This document shows, piece by piece, positions 9,144 to 17,889 of a stretch of DNA of 64,000 bases (within the stretch, counting starts at the first letter, position 1; each line of letters starts with the position of its first letter). A program made the position numbers and the translations under genes. The DNA is taken from IMG/VR virus record IMGVR_UViG_3300017585_000267, positions 32,001 through 96,000 of that record, one strand, 5' to 3'. The DNA comes from a virus. Its lineage: Duplodnaviria; Caudoviricetes. The notes beneath the pieces were generated by a model. That model had not been told where the DNA came from. It saw nothing but the letters and a program-made list of their open reading frames with translations, and made no database searches.

Positions 9144-9974
9144 TTAAGAATTTTGGGTTTTCGTCATATCCAGGAATATCTGCGACATGTCCACCTTGAG
9201 GACGTTGTCCTCGTCCGAGGAGGCCACCATGAACCTCTTTCCCCGAAGGTGCAGGCACCTGGCCTCCCTAAGGGTGTTGTCGCCCCCCTCAAAGGAGATG
9301 TAGGTCTTCTTGCCCTCCCTGTAGATGTAGCCTATGGCGTCGGCCTCGCCGCAGATGATGGGGCCCATCTTCCCTGCGAGGTCCAGGGTCATCTCGCTCT
9401 GCTCCTGGCTGTCCTTCGTGATCTGCTTGTCCTTCACGTGGCACACAAGAATCAAGGTCTCGCAAAGCGGCTTGAACATGTTGATGATTTCCTTGATGGC
9501 AAGCCTGGTGTACAGGTAGCCCGAGCCATTGGGAAGCGTCCTGACGTCCGCATTGGGGTCAAGTATCGGCCTTCCGTCCTTGTCCTTGGCCACCATCCCC
9601 ATCTTGTCCTTCAAGTAGCCCCAGCCAGCTCCCATGGAAGTCTTCCTGTACTTGCTGGCCGCCACCGCGAGGGACATCTCCTCGAGCCTCGAGGCATTGT
9701 CTATGGTGATGTACCTGTACGGCAGCTTTCCGCCGTTCTCCCTTATCTTGTCCTCGATGGCGGACCTGATGTTGTATATGTCGGCCGCTCCCTTGGCCTG
9801 TATGACCATCGCGTCGAGGGCCCTGTAGCCATCCTCGAGGTCTATGATGAGGTTGGAGTCCAGGGAGGCCACTATGCTGCTCTTCCCAGTCTTCGGCTTC
9901 CCGAAGAGCACCAGGAGCCTCGGGTTGTAACTGATTGCCTTCCTACGTTCCGTAGGCAAAATGATGTTGCTCAT
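9144..9974 (-). CDS. AAA_24/Sak4-like P-loop ATPase
   Basis: Walker A GKPKTGKS, IIDLEDG and ITIDN motifs. Confidence 0.85.
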   Translation of the reverse strand: MSNIILPTERRKAISYNPRLLVLFGKPKTGKSSIVASLDSNLIIDLEDGYRALDAMVIQAKGAADIYNIRSAIEDKIRENGGKLPYRYITIDNASRLEEMSLAVAASKYRKTSMGAGWGYLKDKMGMVAKDKDGRPILDPNADVRTLPNGSGYLYTRLAIKEIINMFKPLCETLILVCHVKDKQITKDSQEQSEMTLDLAGKMGPIICGEADAIGYIYREGKKTYISFEGGDNTLREARCLHLRGKRFMVASSDEDNVLKVDMSQIFLDMTKTQNS

Positions 9975-10004
9975 AAATCGCTTCTGCTTTGATAATATTA
10001 AGTA

Positions 10005-10012
10005 CAAAAATA
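10005..10012 (-). promoter_or_regulatory. Bacteroidota -7 promoter element (TAnnTTTG)
   Basis: TATTTTTG on the minus strand about 30 nt upstream of the ATPase start. Confidence 0.55.
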
Positions 10013-10073
10013 CCTGGAGTTTTCCAGGTATACAATAGATTGAATGAGTCGCTTTGGATGGCGAAGAACCTTC

Positions 10074-11228
10074 CTAAGCCGGCTCGAACACTGTCCCCGG
10101 GTTGAGGCTGTCCTGCTCCACCCTTCGAACGTAGTCATAGACGGCGTTGAGGCCATTTATGTCGTCGGACCTCGGCAGCTCCGAGAACATGCTGGTGGCC
10201 CCGTCGAAGAACAGCGGGACTATTAGCCCCCCGGCGCCGTAGTCCCTGTCGTCAAGGAACTCCAGGAACCTTCCGTAGTTCTTCAGCCTCTCTATGCTGT
10301 AGCCGTTGTACTCCCTCTTCCTGAACTTGTAGGGATTGAAGAGGCCCAATATGACGTTGGCGTCACGTGCGGTGGTCTTGCAATCCCCCAAGCCACTGAC
10401 GGTGGGCCTCATCATGTCGACCTTGATGCTTTCCAGGCCTTCCTGCGCCTGGGCCTGGTGCTGGATGAACACGAAGATGTACTTGAGCTGCTTCCTCAGC
10501 GAGATGCCGTACTTCGACATCCTGTCTATGGTCTCCATCCTGCTGTTGCAGCCGCTCTCCTGCACGAGGTTCGCGCCGTTGTCAAGGATTATTATCCTGT
10601 ACTCGTCCTCGTCGTCCTGGGTGTATGGGTTGATGGGGTCGACCACGGGAACCTCCTCAACCTTGCCTGTGACGTCGTTCTTCCTCCTGACCACGGTGTA
10701 GTTCATGTGACCGTGCTCAAGGGCGTAGTTCCTGCACACCTTGTTGATTCCCGTGGGGTTCTTGGTGGTGTCGTCGAAGGACACCATCCTGTCATAGGCC
10801 TCTATGTACGGCCTGTACCTGGCGGACTCAAGGAGCTCGAAGATGTGGGGGTCACAGGGGTGGCTGCGGTCGGTGCTTCTGAGAATCTTGGGCGAGATGT
10901 GCACCCTGTCCAGCCTGGACAGCAGGTAGCACAGGAACTCGTCGTACTTCTCGGCGGCGCTCATCTCAAGGGAGAAGTAAAGCACCCGCACCTTGAGCTC
11001 GGGATGGGACATCATGAAGAACAGGGGCTCGTAGATGAACATGTAGTCGCTCAGCTTCGACTTCCCCACCTTCTGGTTCGCCGTGATCAGCACGAACTTG
11101 CCCCTCTCGAACCCCGGATATACATGCCTGGCCCGGGCGAAGGGGAACGGGAGGCAGTTGTACTTGCCGTCCAGCACCCTCTGCCTGCGGGCCTTGTATG
11201 CATCCAGCACTTCCTCGAACTTTCCCAT
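10074..11228 (-). CDS. dnaB: DnaB-like replicative helicase
   Basis: ITANQKVGKS Walker A, YFSLEMS, IIILDN, IQHQ, LGDCKTTARDANVILGLF motifs. Confidence 0.85.
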   Translation of the reverse strand: MGKFEEVLDAYKARRQRVLDGKYNCLPFPFARARHVYPGFERGKFVLITANQKVGKSKLSDYMFIYEPLFFMMSHPELKVRVLYFSLEMSAAEKYDEFLCYLLSRLDRVHISPKILRSTDRSHPCDPHIFELLESARYRPYIEAYDRMVSFDDTTKNPTGINKVCRNYALEHGHMNYTVVRRKNDVTGKVEEVPVVDPINPYTQDDEDEYRIIILDNGANLVQESGCNSRMETIDRMSKYGISLRKQLKYIFVFIQHQAQAQEGLESIKVDMMRPTVSGLGDCKTTARDANVILGLFNPYKFRKREYNGYSIERLKNYGRFLEFLDDRDYGAGGLIVPLFFDGATSMFSELPRSDDINGLNAVYDYVRRVEQDSLNPGTVFEPA

Positions 11229-11230
11229 GG

Positions 11231-11884
11231 CTATAGCATCGTCGTGGTCCAGTCCTCGGAACGGCTGTCGGGAACCTCCCCGGCCTCCTTCTCGTTGAGC
11301 GCGTTCTCGAGGTAGGTGGCGAGCTCAGACCTCACCACCTTCTTCACGGTGCATCCGAGCTCGTCAAGTATGGGGACCTCCTTCGAGATGAAATACTTGC
11401 TGAGCTGGCGGCTCCTCGGGGAGTTGTCCATCTCCCTGTTGTAGTCTCTGGCTGCGGCGAGCACCGCCTCCTTGAAATTCTCCTTGTCCCCGTACCTCTT
11501 GACCAGTCCGTCATAGGAGGCCATGAACTTCTTGAACTTCAGCTTCAGCTCCCTCGAGTTGCACCTGTAGTAATAGGGAGTGGGCCCGCTGTTCCCAATC
11601 ATCTTGCCTGGCGGCCAGAACTTCGCGAACTGCCTCACCAGGTCGTCCAGCCATTCCTCATCATCCACGACGCCCGTGGAGTCCAGGAGGATTTCGTCAA
11701 GCTCCTCACTCCACCTCTGGGTGACGAGATAGTCCCTGCCGTTCTTCACCATGATCTCCCTGTCCAGCAGGTCCTTTATGTCCTTCCCCACGTCTGGGGA
11801 TGTCCTCACCGCAAGGGCGAAGAGCACCTGCGGGATGGAGAGGTTGTGCTTCTCGGCAATCCTCTCATTGATTTGAAAATCCAT
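11231..11884 (-). CDS. hypothetical replication protein (possible initiator/helicase loader)
   Basis: 217-aa ORF directly upstream of DnaB; function inferred from position only. Confidence 0.55.
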   Translation of the reverse strand: MDFQINERIAEKHNLSIPQVLFALAVRTSPDVGKDIKDLLDREIMVKNGRDYLVTQRWSEELDEILLDSTGVVDDEEWLDDLVRQFAKFWPPGKMIGNSGPTPYYYRCNSRELKLKFKKFMASYDGLVKRYGDKENFKEAVLAAARDYNREMDNSPRSRQLSKYFISKEVPILDELGCTVKKVVRSELATYLENALNEKEAGEVPDSRSEDWTTTML

Positions 11885-11907
11885 CTTCAGTCATCTTTAC
11901 ATTATCG

Positions 11908-12180
11908 CTATAGTTTCAATATCTGCTCGCTTACGTCCCTGAGGTGCCTGTTGAGGTCCTCGAGGATGCAGTCGCACACGTCCTCATGGAGCCGTCTCCT
12001 GAAGGACGTGGACAGCTTGCTCTGGGGATCGCTCTTGCAGAACGCGATGGAATCCATCCCACTGCCAACGGTGATGGTGCCGTAGAGTTTCCTGAACTCC
12101 CTCATCTTCTCTATGAGCTCCTTGCACTTGCGCCTTTCGCCCATCAGTGCGACGGCCTTGTCAAATGTCTCTTCCGTCAT
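11908..12180 (-). CDS. hypothetical protein
   Basis: 90-aa helical ORF in operon. Confidence 0.65.
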   Translation of the reverse strand: MTEETFDKAVALMGERRKCKELIEKMREFRKLYGTITVGSGMDSIAFCKSDPQSKLSTSFRRRLHEDVCDCILEDLNRHLRDVSEQILKL

Positions 12181-12183
12181 GGT

Positions 12184-13392
12184 CTATAGACAATCGGTTA
12201 TGTCATTTACCTTCCTTATGAACCTGGGGTCATAGTCCCCCATCATGTCATTCACGATCTCCTCCTCCCTGGTGCCGCTGTAGTACGGGATGACTATCTT
12301 TGGGTGCCTGTGCCGGAGGAGACGGCCAATCCTCTGGACCTTTATGGTGTCCGAGGAGTTGACGTTGGCGAAGATTCCCCACTGGCAGTTCACCAGGTTC
12401 ACCCCTTCGTTGAGTATCTGGCAAGCCGTTATATGGTCTATCTTGCCTGAGTTGAACTCGTCGAGCAACTGGTCGTTCACCTTGTCGCCGTTTTTTGAGT
12501 GTATGCAGTGCGTCCCAAGGATTTCGGCCTGCTGCACGCTGCAACAGAAGGTGAGCGTCCTGAAGGGGGCCAGCTTCCCGAGGATTCCCAGTACGACCCG
12601 GTTCTTCGCGTTCGCGAGGAACTTCAGCCTCTCGCCGCAGAGGTTCAGCCAGGAATGCTTGGCCCACTCGCTGCGGGTTTTCTCGTAGAATCTCTTTCGG
12701 CGGTCTACCTCCTGATTGTACCACTGGAGCTTCTGCCTCTGGGTCGCCCTGAGGTCGGCCCTCTCCCCCGACTTCCTGTACTTCCAGGCCATCTCGTAGT
12801 CGTCTTTAATCACAGGGTTTCTCGCCTTGGGATTAATCGCCACCACCTCCCCCCTCTCCCTGTTGTCAAGCTGGAGCGGAAGCAGGTATATCTCGGGTTC
12901 AGGGAGGACTCCCCCATCGATCGCCTCCTGTGTAGTCACGGAGACGACGCCGACGTTGTAATGAATCCTGAGCCAATGCCTCAAGTTGTCCGGTATGGTC
13001 GCCGAGAGGCCTATGAGATGACTGAACCTGAGGGTGGACAGGCTGAGGAGCCTCGCGTCAGACCCGACATGGTGCACCTCGTCGGCTATCACCACGTCGA
13101 AGTACTCCTCCTCGTGCCTGTGGAGGGACTCGTAGCATTCCATGAGAACCTTCACCGGGAGCCCGGCGAAGCTGCCCCACTTCGAGATTTCATCGGACCA
13201 GGTGTCCTTGTGGACCCTCTTCGCCACAAGCAGGAGTATCCTGCATTCCCTCGAGGGGTCCTTCAGGCAGAGCTGCCGAACGAGGTCCAGGGAGAGCTTC
13301 GTCTTCCCGTAGCCGGTCCCCGCCTCTATTATGAGGTGCGGGGATGTCTTGAGTACCCTAAGGCACTCCTGCCTTACGTCTTCCCTGTTCAT
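12184..13392 (-). CDS. superfamily 2 DExH helicase
   Basis: AGTGYGKT, DEVHH, LSAT, LNEGVN and QRIGRLLR motifs; start MNREDV. Confidence 0.92.
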   Translation of the reverse strand: MNREDVRQECLRVLKTSPHLIIEAGTGYGKTKLSLDLVRQLCLKDPSRECRILLLVAKRVHKDTWSDEISKWGSFAGLPVKVLMECYESLHRHEEEYFDVVIADEVHHVGSDARLLSLSTLRFSHLIGLSATIPDNLRHWLRIHYNVGVVSVTTQEAIDGGVLPEPEIYLLPLQLDNRERGEVVAINPKARNPVIKDDYEMAWKYRKSGERADLRATQRQKLQWYNQEVDRRKRFYEKTRSEWAKHSWLNLCGERLKFLANAKNRVVLGILGKLAPFRTLTFCCSVQQAEILGTHCIHSKNGDKVNDQLLDEFNSGKIDHITACQILNEGVNLVNCQWGIFANVNSSDTIKVQRIGRLLRHRHPKIVIPYYSGTREEEIVNDMMGDYDPRFIRKVNDITDCL

Positions 13393-13622
13393 AGTGTAAA
13401 CAATGTCTTGGTTTCCCTCACCCTGGCGGAGATGTCGTTGCCCTCGTTGTCCCGCCACTTGTAGTAGCGCCAGTAGGTGACCTGTATCTTCCTGTGCTTG
13501 CCGTCAATCCACACGGCCCCGAACTCAAACCAGTACTTCGCGAGGAAATGCCTCACGACCAGGAACACGAGAACCGCAAGCGGCAGGATGAGCAACCACT
13601 GTACGCTGGCGTCAGTTACCAT
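13389..13622 (-). CDS. small membrane protein
   Basis: MVTDASVQWLLILPLAVLVFLVV... single TM segment; overlaps the helicase start. Confidence 0.6.
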   Translation of the reverse strand: MVTDASVQWLLILPLAVLVFLVVRHFLAKYWFEFGAVWIDGKHRKIQVTYWRYYKWRDNEGNDISARVRETKTLFTL

Positions 13623-13633
13623 GAGGCAGCGCA

Positions 13634-13705
13634 TCAGTCGTCCCCTCCTGACAGACAGAACAGGGCGACGATGAATACGATCATTACGTGTGACCAGATA
13701 ATCAT
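13634..13705 (-). CDS. 23-aa hydrophobic peptide
   Basis: MIIWSHVMIVFIVALFCLSGGDD with AAGGAG just upstream (manual translation). Confidence 0.4.
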   Translation of the reverse strand: MIIWSHVMIVFIVALFCLSGGDD

Positions 13706-13719
13706 AGCTCCTTAAGTTT

Positions 13720-13885
13720 AAAAGGCATCGGCAGGCGTCCTGGAAGAAAGTAAGGGAAATGGCAAAAATAAAGCCCAAGACGTATGCCGACACCGAAAGT
13801 CCTTTAAAAAGTGCCGAAGGATGGCCTATGGAAAACCCCTGAAAAGAACCAGAAACGGGGCGTACAGCCAGCCACCCTTCGGCAC
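13720..13885 (-). ncRNA. structured leader/sRNA made of two long hairpins
   Basis: 15-bp stem (13811-13825/13871-13885) and 20-bp stem (13724-13743/13775-13794); G-U pairs work only on the minus strand; each is followed by a U run; TATCTTTG promoter at 13909-13916. Confidence 0.5.
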
Positions 13886-13971
13886 GACATCCATGTAAAT
13901 TCAATATGCAAAGATAGGAAACAATTCCCATTATTGCCAAACAAAACCAAGGTTCAGCGGAGCGCCGGCCC

Positions 13972-14184
13972 TCAGTCCTCCCGGGACCTGCGCCTCCCTA
14001 TGCACCTGCTGGCCCACTTGAGCCATTCGCTGTCGACGAAGTAGGCCTGCTGCCCATACTCCGAGACACCCATGTCGTCATTTATGAGGTAGGAGTTGCT
14101 GTCAAAGCCGTCCAGCTCCATGTAGGACTGCGACTCAGGCCAGCACACCACCTGAAAAAGCCTAGGTCTCTCCATGTCAGCCAA
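13972..14184 (-). CDS. small conserved phage protein
   Basis: 70 aa, VVCWPESQ...YGQQAYFVD. Confidence 0.7.
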   Translation of the reverse strand: MADMERPRLFQVVCWPESQSYMELDGFDSNSYLINDDMGVSEYGQQAYFVDSEWLKWASRCIGRRRSRED

Positions 14185-14467
14185 TGTTAAGCAGCGAGGC
14201 GACCTTCCAAAGGACCCTCTTGAGCCTCATCTTCCACATCCAGCACCAGCTGTACGAGGGGCTGCCGCCCATAGCCAGCAGGCAGGTGTTCCTGCGGTCC
14301 CTTGCGAGGTGTCCATACCAACGGTCCTCGCAGGCCTTGGGTGTCCTCCCGATCTCGTCGGACACCATGATGAAGCACCTTGACATGTTCTGTGGGAAGG
14401 CCGTGACCTGCCTTATGAGCCTGAGGTCCTCGGCCTGCGTCCACTTTCTCTTTGGTGAAGTTGCCAT
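14177..14467 (-). CDS. Myb/SANT-like HTH protein
   Basis: KWTQAEDLRL...IGRTPKACEDRWY matches the Myb repeat consensus. Confidence 0.7.
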   Translation of the reverse strand: MATSPKRKWTQAEDLRLIRQVTAFPQNMSRCFIMVSDEIGRTPKACEDRWYGHLARDRRNTCLLAMGGSPSYSWCWMWKMRLKRVLWKVASLLNIG

Positions 14468-14573
14468 AGTTGTTGTTTTTAATGGTTGTTGAAAAATAAG
14501 TGACGCCATCCAGTGCCTGCCGAAAACAGCTCCAGTTGACTATTGAATGCCTGCACGGGAGGGTGTCACCTTG

Positions 14574-14645
14574 TAGCTCCAGCAGGAATCGAACCTGCAC
14601 CTGGGGTTTAGGAAACCCCCGTTCTGTCCGTTGAACTATGGAGCC
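14574..14645 (-). tRNA. tRNA-Arg(CCT)
   Basis: Canonical cloverleaf GGCTCCATAGTTCAACGGACAGAACGGGGGTTTCCTAAACCCCAGGTGCAGGTTCGATTCCTGCTGGAGCTA. Confidence 0.92.
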
Positions 14646-14680
14646 AAATGAGGGATGCCTTCAATGGGACAGCCCCTTTG

Positions 14681-14752
14681 CAATGGGCAGCGGAATCGAA
14701 CCACTGTCTCAAGGTTGAAGACCTTGCGTACTGACCGCTATACCAGCCCACC
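14681..14752 (-). tRNA. atypical tRNA (nominal anticodon TTC, C at position 33)
   Basis: Acceptor GGTGGGC/GCCCATT, D arm, T arm AGTGG-TTCGATT-CCGCT; anticodon arm CAAGG-TCTTCAA-CCTTG. Confidence 0.65.
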
Positions 14753-14866
14753 TTATAAAGCCTGGCGATCCTCACGGACAGCCAGGCCATTCCATAAACC
14801 GTAAAAAAAGTTGATGAACAAAAACTAAGCTATGAATAACCGCACTATGTTCCATAGCAGTCCTTG

Positions 14867-14874
14867 CAAAGCTA
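14867..14874 (-). promoter_or_regulatory. Bacteroidota -7 promoter element upstream of the tRNA pair
   Basis: TAGCTTTG on the minus strand. Confidence 0.5.
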
Positions 14875-14939
14875 CAAAATGAGGATGACAACCACAAAGG
14901 CCTTAACGCCATCCTTATGTACGTTAAAGGCCTGTGTAC

Positions 14940-15083
14940 CTATAGCCTCGAGATCAGTCCCTCAAGCTCGTCGACGTGCATAGACAGACGTTCCTTCATG
15001 CCGCGCAGCTGCTTCAACAGGTATGCGCACCTGTCCTTCTCGGCGATGAGTCTCTTCGCCTCGTTGAATGTACTGTAGTCCAT
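14940..15083 (-). CDS. small hypothetical protein
   Basis: MDYSTFNEAKRLIAEKDRC... 47 aa with an A-rich leader. Confidence 0.5.
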   Translation of the reverse strand: MDYSTFNEAKRLIAEKDRCAYLLKQLRGMKERLSMHVDELEGLISRL

Positions 15084-15091
15084 AATTCTTT

Positions 15092-15430
15092 TTAATTTTC
15101 TCGTTCAGCCAATCGTTCGGCGACTTCTTCAAGCTGGTCTGCTATGAGGCCACCGAGGTTCTCCAAATCCATCAAGTGCTTCTTGACGTCATCCTGTAGC
15201 CCCCGAAGCTTCCCGATGTCATCCATTACGACGGGAATGCCATTCGAGATGTCCGGAATGCTTCCGTCGGCCATTCCACGAAGCCTGAAGATGGTTCGGT
15301 CCAGCCTTTCACGGATGTTCCAGATGCAGTCAAGCAAGGAATCCTCATATACCTGAAGTTCCTTGAGGTCGCACCCAACAAGGTACAGCCTGTCCAAAGG
15401 CGAAAGGCCGCTCATATCGCACCCTCCCAC
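15092..15430 (-). CDS. hypothetical helical protein
   Basis: ORF coupled to the RNA ligase stop; start may be MSGLSP. Confidence 0.6.
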   Translation of the reverse strand: MGGCDMSGLSPLDRLYLVGCDLKELQVYEDSLLDCIWNIRERLDRTIFRLRGMADGSIPDISNGIPVVMDDIGKLRGLQDDVKKHLMDLENLGGLIADQLEEVAERLAEREN

Positions 15431-16875
15431 ATCTCGGTCCCTACAATCCCCCTGTCCATCTCCGAGGCCTCATGGGTCATGAACCTTACGCCCTTGTATT
15501 TGAAGGCTTCGGGAACCGGGTCATCCACAATCCTGAGGACGACTCCCTCCCTGGGAACCTTGTAGTCGCACATGGGCTCATTTTCCTCAAGGTGGAACAT
15601 TCCCTTGAGTTCCCCAAAGGCCCTTTCCGGGAAGGATTCGTCTTGATTGATGTCTGGAAACAGGGCTTCACAGGGGCCAGTCCACAGGATTTCAATGGGC
15701 ATCAGGATTGGGTGGGTTCCCATGTTCCCAACCGTCCACTCCCTCACCTCGTCCACGCCCCACTCCCTCTTGGTGCCGTCGGAACTTTCAGTGGTTATCC
15801 TATAAGGCATCAGCCTGCACTCGCCCCTCCTGCAACCGTAGTCATATCCCTGCTGTATGAAGGTGCCTGTGCCGGGGAGGTAGCCTACTATCTCGCCATA
15901 GAGGGACATCCCCTCCGGGATTATATCCTTCAGCTTCTCCGCCACATGGCTCCAAACGTCCACGTCATAGTAGCTTTTGGCGCCCTTGCAGACCCACCTG
16001 TTCTTTATGACGGTGCGCGAGGACCAGATGTACCTGTAATCAACGATGAAGTCCTCCCTGCGCAATGAGGGGAACGCCCTTGAAAGGAAGTTGCCGATGC
16101 ACCTCACCAAGGAGAACCCCTTGGGAATGCGGCACATCACGTTGGCCAGGATGACACTTGTGCCATGGAGCTTCGTAGTGATCACCAAATTGTTGTCAGG
16201 CCTGAGCACCCTTCCGAAGTTCTTCCCGAGGGGCTGCGTGTCGTAGTGGAACATGAACTCCCCGGGGATTATGGTGTCGAACCTTTTCAGCCTGTTGTTC
16301 CTTTTATCCTTAGGAGCCTTGAAGGACTTCTCCACCTTATAAGGCAGGTACGCCTGCACGAAGAGCCTCCCGTCCACGGTGTCGAAGTCCTCCCCTACGT
16401 GTGACGTAAAGTCATAGCCCTCGAGCTTGGGGCAATAGCGCACAAGCTCCCTGGTGGTGAAGAGGCAGCCGAAGGACTGTACCCCACGGAGCTTCACCGT
16501 CCTCACCCTGCAACTCTTGGTGAAGTAACCGGTCATTCCCCGAAGCCTCCCCTCAAGTTCCCTTCTATCCCCCTCTTCCTTGGATTTCCGCATCGCCTCC
16601 TCGACCTCAAGCCACTCGCGGTAGTTGGCGTTCCTCTCGGGCTTGTCGAAGAGGTTGTTCACCCTGAGGAATTCATGGGACAGCTGGCACTCGTTCGATG
16701 CGTAGAGCATCACCTCCCCCTCCTTCACGCGGTCCTTCCTGACCACGGTAGGCTGGCCAGCTATGTCCACCACCCCAAGGAAGTCGGATCCTTCGATTGG
16801 GGTCACCTTGGGTATCCTCACCAAGGTGCAGCAGTACTCATGCGAGCCTGCGCTTGAAAAGCTTATAAGTTCCAT
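15412..16875 (-). CDS. RNA ligase (Rnl2/DRB0094-like) with N-terminal OB-like domain
   Basis: Nucleotidyltransferase motifs I TKLHGTS, III YGEIVG, IV REGVVLR, V FKYK; N-terminal PIEGSDFL...VKLRGVQSFG. Confidence 0.85.
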   Translation of the reverse strand: MELISFSSAGSHEYCCTLVRIPKVTPIEGSDFLGVVDIAGQPTVVRKDRVKEGEVMLYASNECQLSHEFLRVNNLFDKPERNANYREWLEVEEAMRKSKEEGDRRELEGRLRGMTGYFTKSCRVRTVKLRGVQSFGCLFTTRELVRYCPKLEGYDFTSHVGEDFDTVDGRLFVQAYLPYKVEKSFKAPKDKRNNRLKRFDTIIPGEFMFHYDTQPLGKNFGRVLRPDNNLVITTKLHGTSVILANVMCRIPKGFSLVRCIGNFLSRAFPSLRREDFIVDYRYIWSSRTVIKNRWVCKGAKSYYDVDVWSHVAEKLKDIIPEGMSLYGEIVGYLPGTGTFIQQGYDYGCRRGECRLMPYRITTESSDGTKREWGVDEVREWTVGNMGTHPILMPIEILWTGPCEALFPDINQDESFPERAFGELKGMFHLEENEPMCDYKVPREGVVLRIVDDPVPEAFKYKGVRFMTHEASEMDRGIVGTEMWEGAI

Positions 16876-16920
16876 ATGGCAACAGTTGTCGTTTATGCCG
16901 TGACTATAAAAAATAAAAAA

Positions 16921-16965
16921 ATAAAAAACAAAAAACAAGGGGACACGGCAAGCCGCATCCCCCAG
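16921..16965 (-). terminator. intrinsic terminator
   Basis: GGGGATGCGGCTTGCCGTGTCCCC followed by TTGTTTTTT. Confidence 0.75.
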
Positions 16966-17046
16966 AAAGCGTCGACCAGTTTGTGGAAAACAAACAGGAC
17001 GTTTAAAATTTTTAAAGTTAAACAGTATTCACCGGCCGACGCCTTG

Positions 17047-17115
17047 AAGGGACGGCAGGGGTCGAACCTGCGTCTCCCGAAAACCGGGGCTCTCTCCCAA
17101 TTGAGCTACGTCCCT
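17047..17115 (-). ncRNA. tRNA-like RNA with truncated anticodon arm
   Basis: Perfect acceptor AGGGACG/CGTCCCT, D arm GCTC..GAGC, T arm GCAGG-TTCGACC-CCTGC; anticodon arm only CCCGGTTTTCGGG. Confidence 0.7.
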
Positions 17116-17122
17116 TGGCAGA

Positions 17123-17404
17123 CTATGCCTGCACTCGAACGATGTCCTCCTCACCGGGCCTCTCAAGCGTTACGAGCTGAGCCTTCGAGAGGTCAACCTT
17201 GTCCCCCACCCCAAGCTCGGAATCCCTGGAGAGCGGGATATAGGTCTGTCCGCCCGCCTTCATTATGAAGCATACGCTGTTCCCATACTGGGAAGCCACC
17301 ACTTCCGCGCTCTTCACCGAAGAGATCTCCTCGGCGTCAAATGACCGCAATGACTTCACGCTCCAGTTTCCGGCGTAGCTCTTGAGGGTCGAAAAGATGT
17401 TCAT
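17123..17404 (-). CDS. 93-aa conserved small protein, paralog 1 of 3
   Basis: MNIFS.LK.YA.W...VKSAEVVASQYG.SVCF.MKAGG..YIP shared with 21192 and 21747. Confidence 0.85.
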   Translation of the reverse strand: MNIFSTLKSYAGNWSVKSLRSFDAEEISSVKSAEVVASQYGNSVCFIMKAGGQTYIPLSRDSELGVGDKVDLSKAQLVTLERPGEEDIVRVQA

Positions 17405-17853
17405 AAGTTTCATCGCCAATGCCCTTTGGACTTGTTTTGGTACCTGGCTCACCTGTTGTTGTTGTTAAATGTAGTACTGAGGAATACTTCCGGCTGGCGC
17501 CGTACCCCAAATATCGGGGAAGTGTAATGGGCAGGTGTCGCTCTATGCGGCTCCCATAAATCCACGTTTCACTGGAATACAGTTCCCCGGGCCTTCCACA
17601 TGACGGCTGTATGGAACATAAAACGGCGGCCATGCCTCAAATGGAGTACTTCTTCGACAATGCCGACGTCCGTAAAGCCAATGACTGAATGGGCGCATTT
17701 TTCCTAAAAGGGAAGCACAAAAATGCCGGATGCGGGCCTGGGGTTCCCCATGAATGCCAGGGTACAGGCAGTAAAGTCGGGAAGAAATGGGTCGGGGGAA
17801 GGGATTATGGGGAAGAGCCGGGGATGAAGGGGATGGAAGACACTGTGAAACAA

Positions 17854-17887
17854 TTTGCAAGTTTAAAAAAAAGTGTTATATTTGCGG
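17854..17887 (+). promoter_or_regulatory. Bacteroidota sigmaA promoter firing into noncoding DNA
   Basis: TTTG (-33) and TATATTTG (-7, 17877-17884) followed by CGG. Confidence 0.7.
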
Positions 17888-17889
17888 TT

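Noticed and set aside
14500-14569. Long hairpin after tRNA-Arg as a separate ncRNA
   Set aside because: Strand is ambiguous and a U-rich run follows it on the minus strand; most simply a terminator or processing stem
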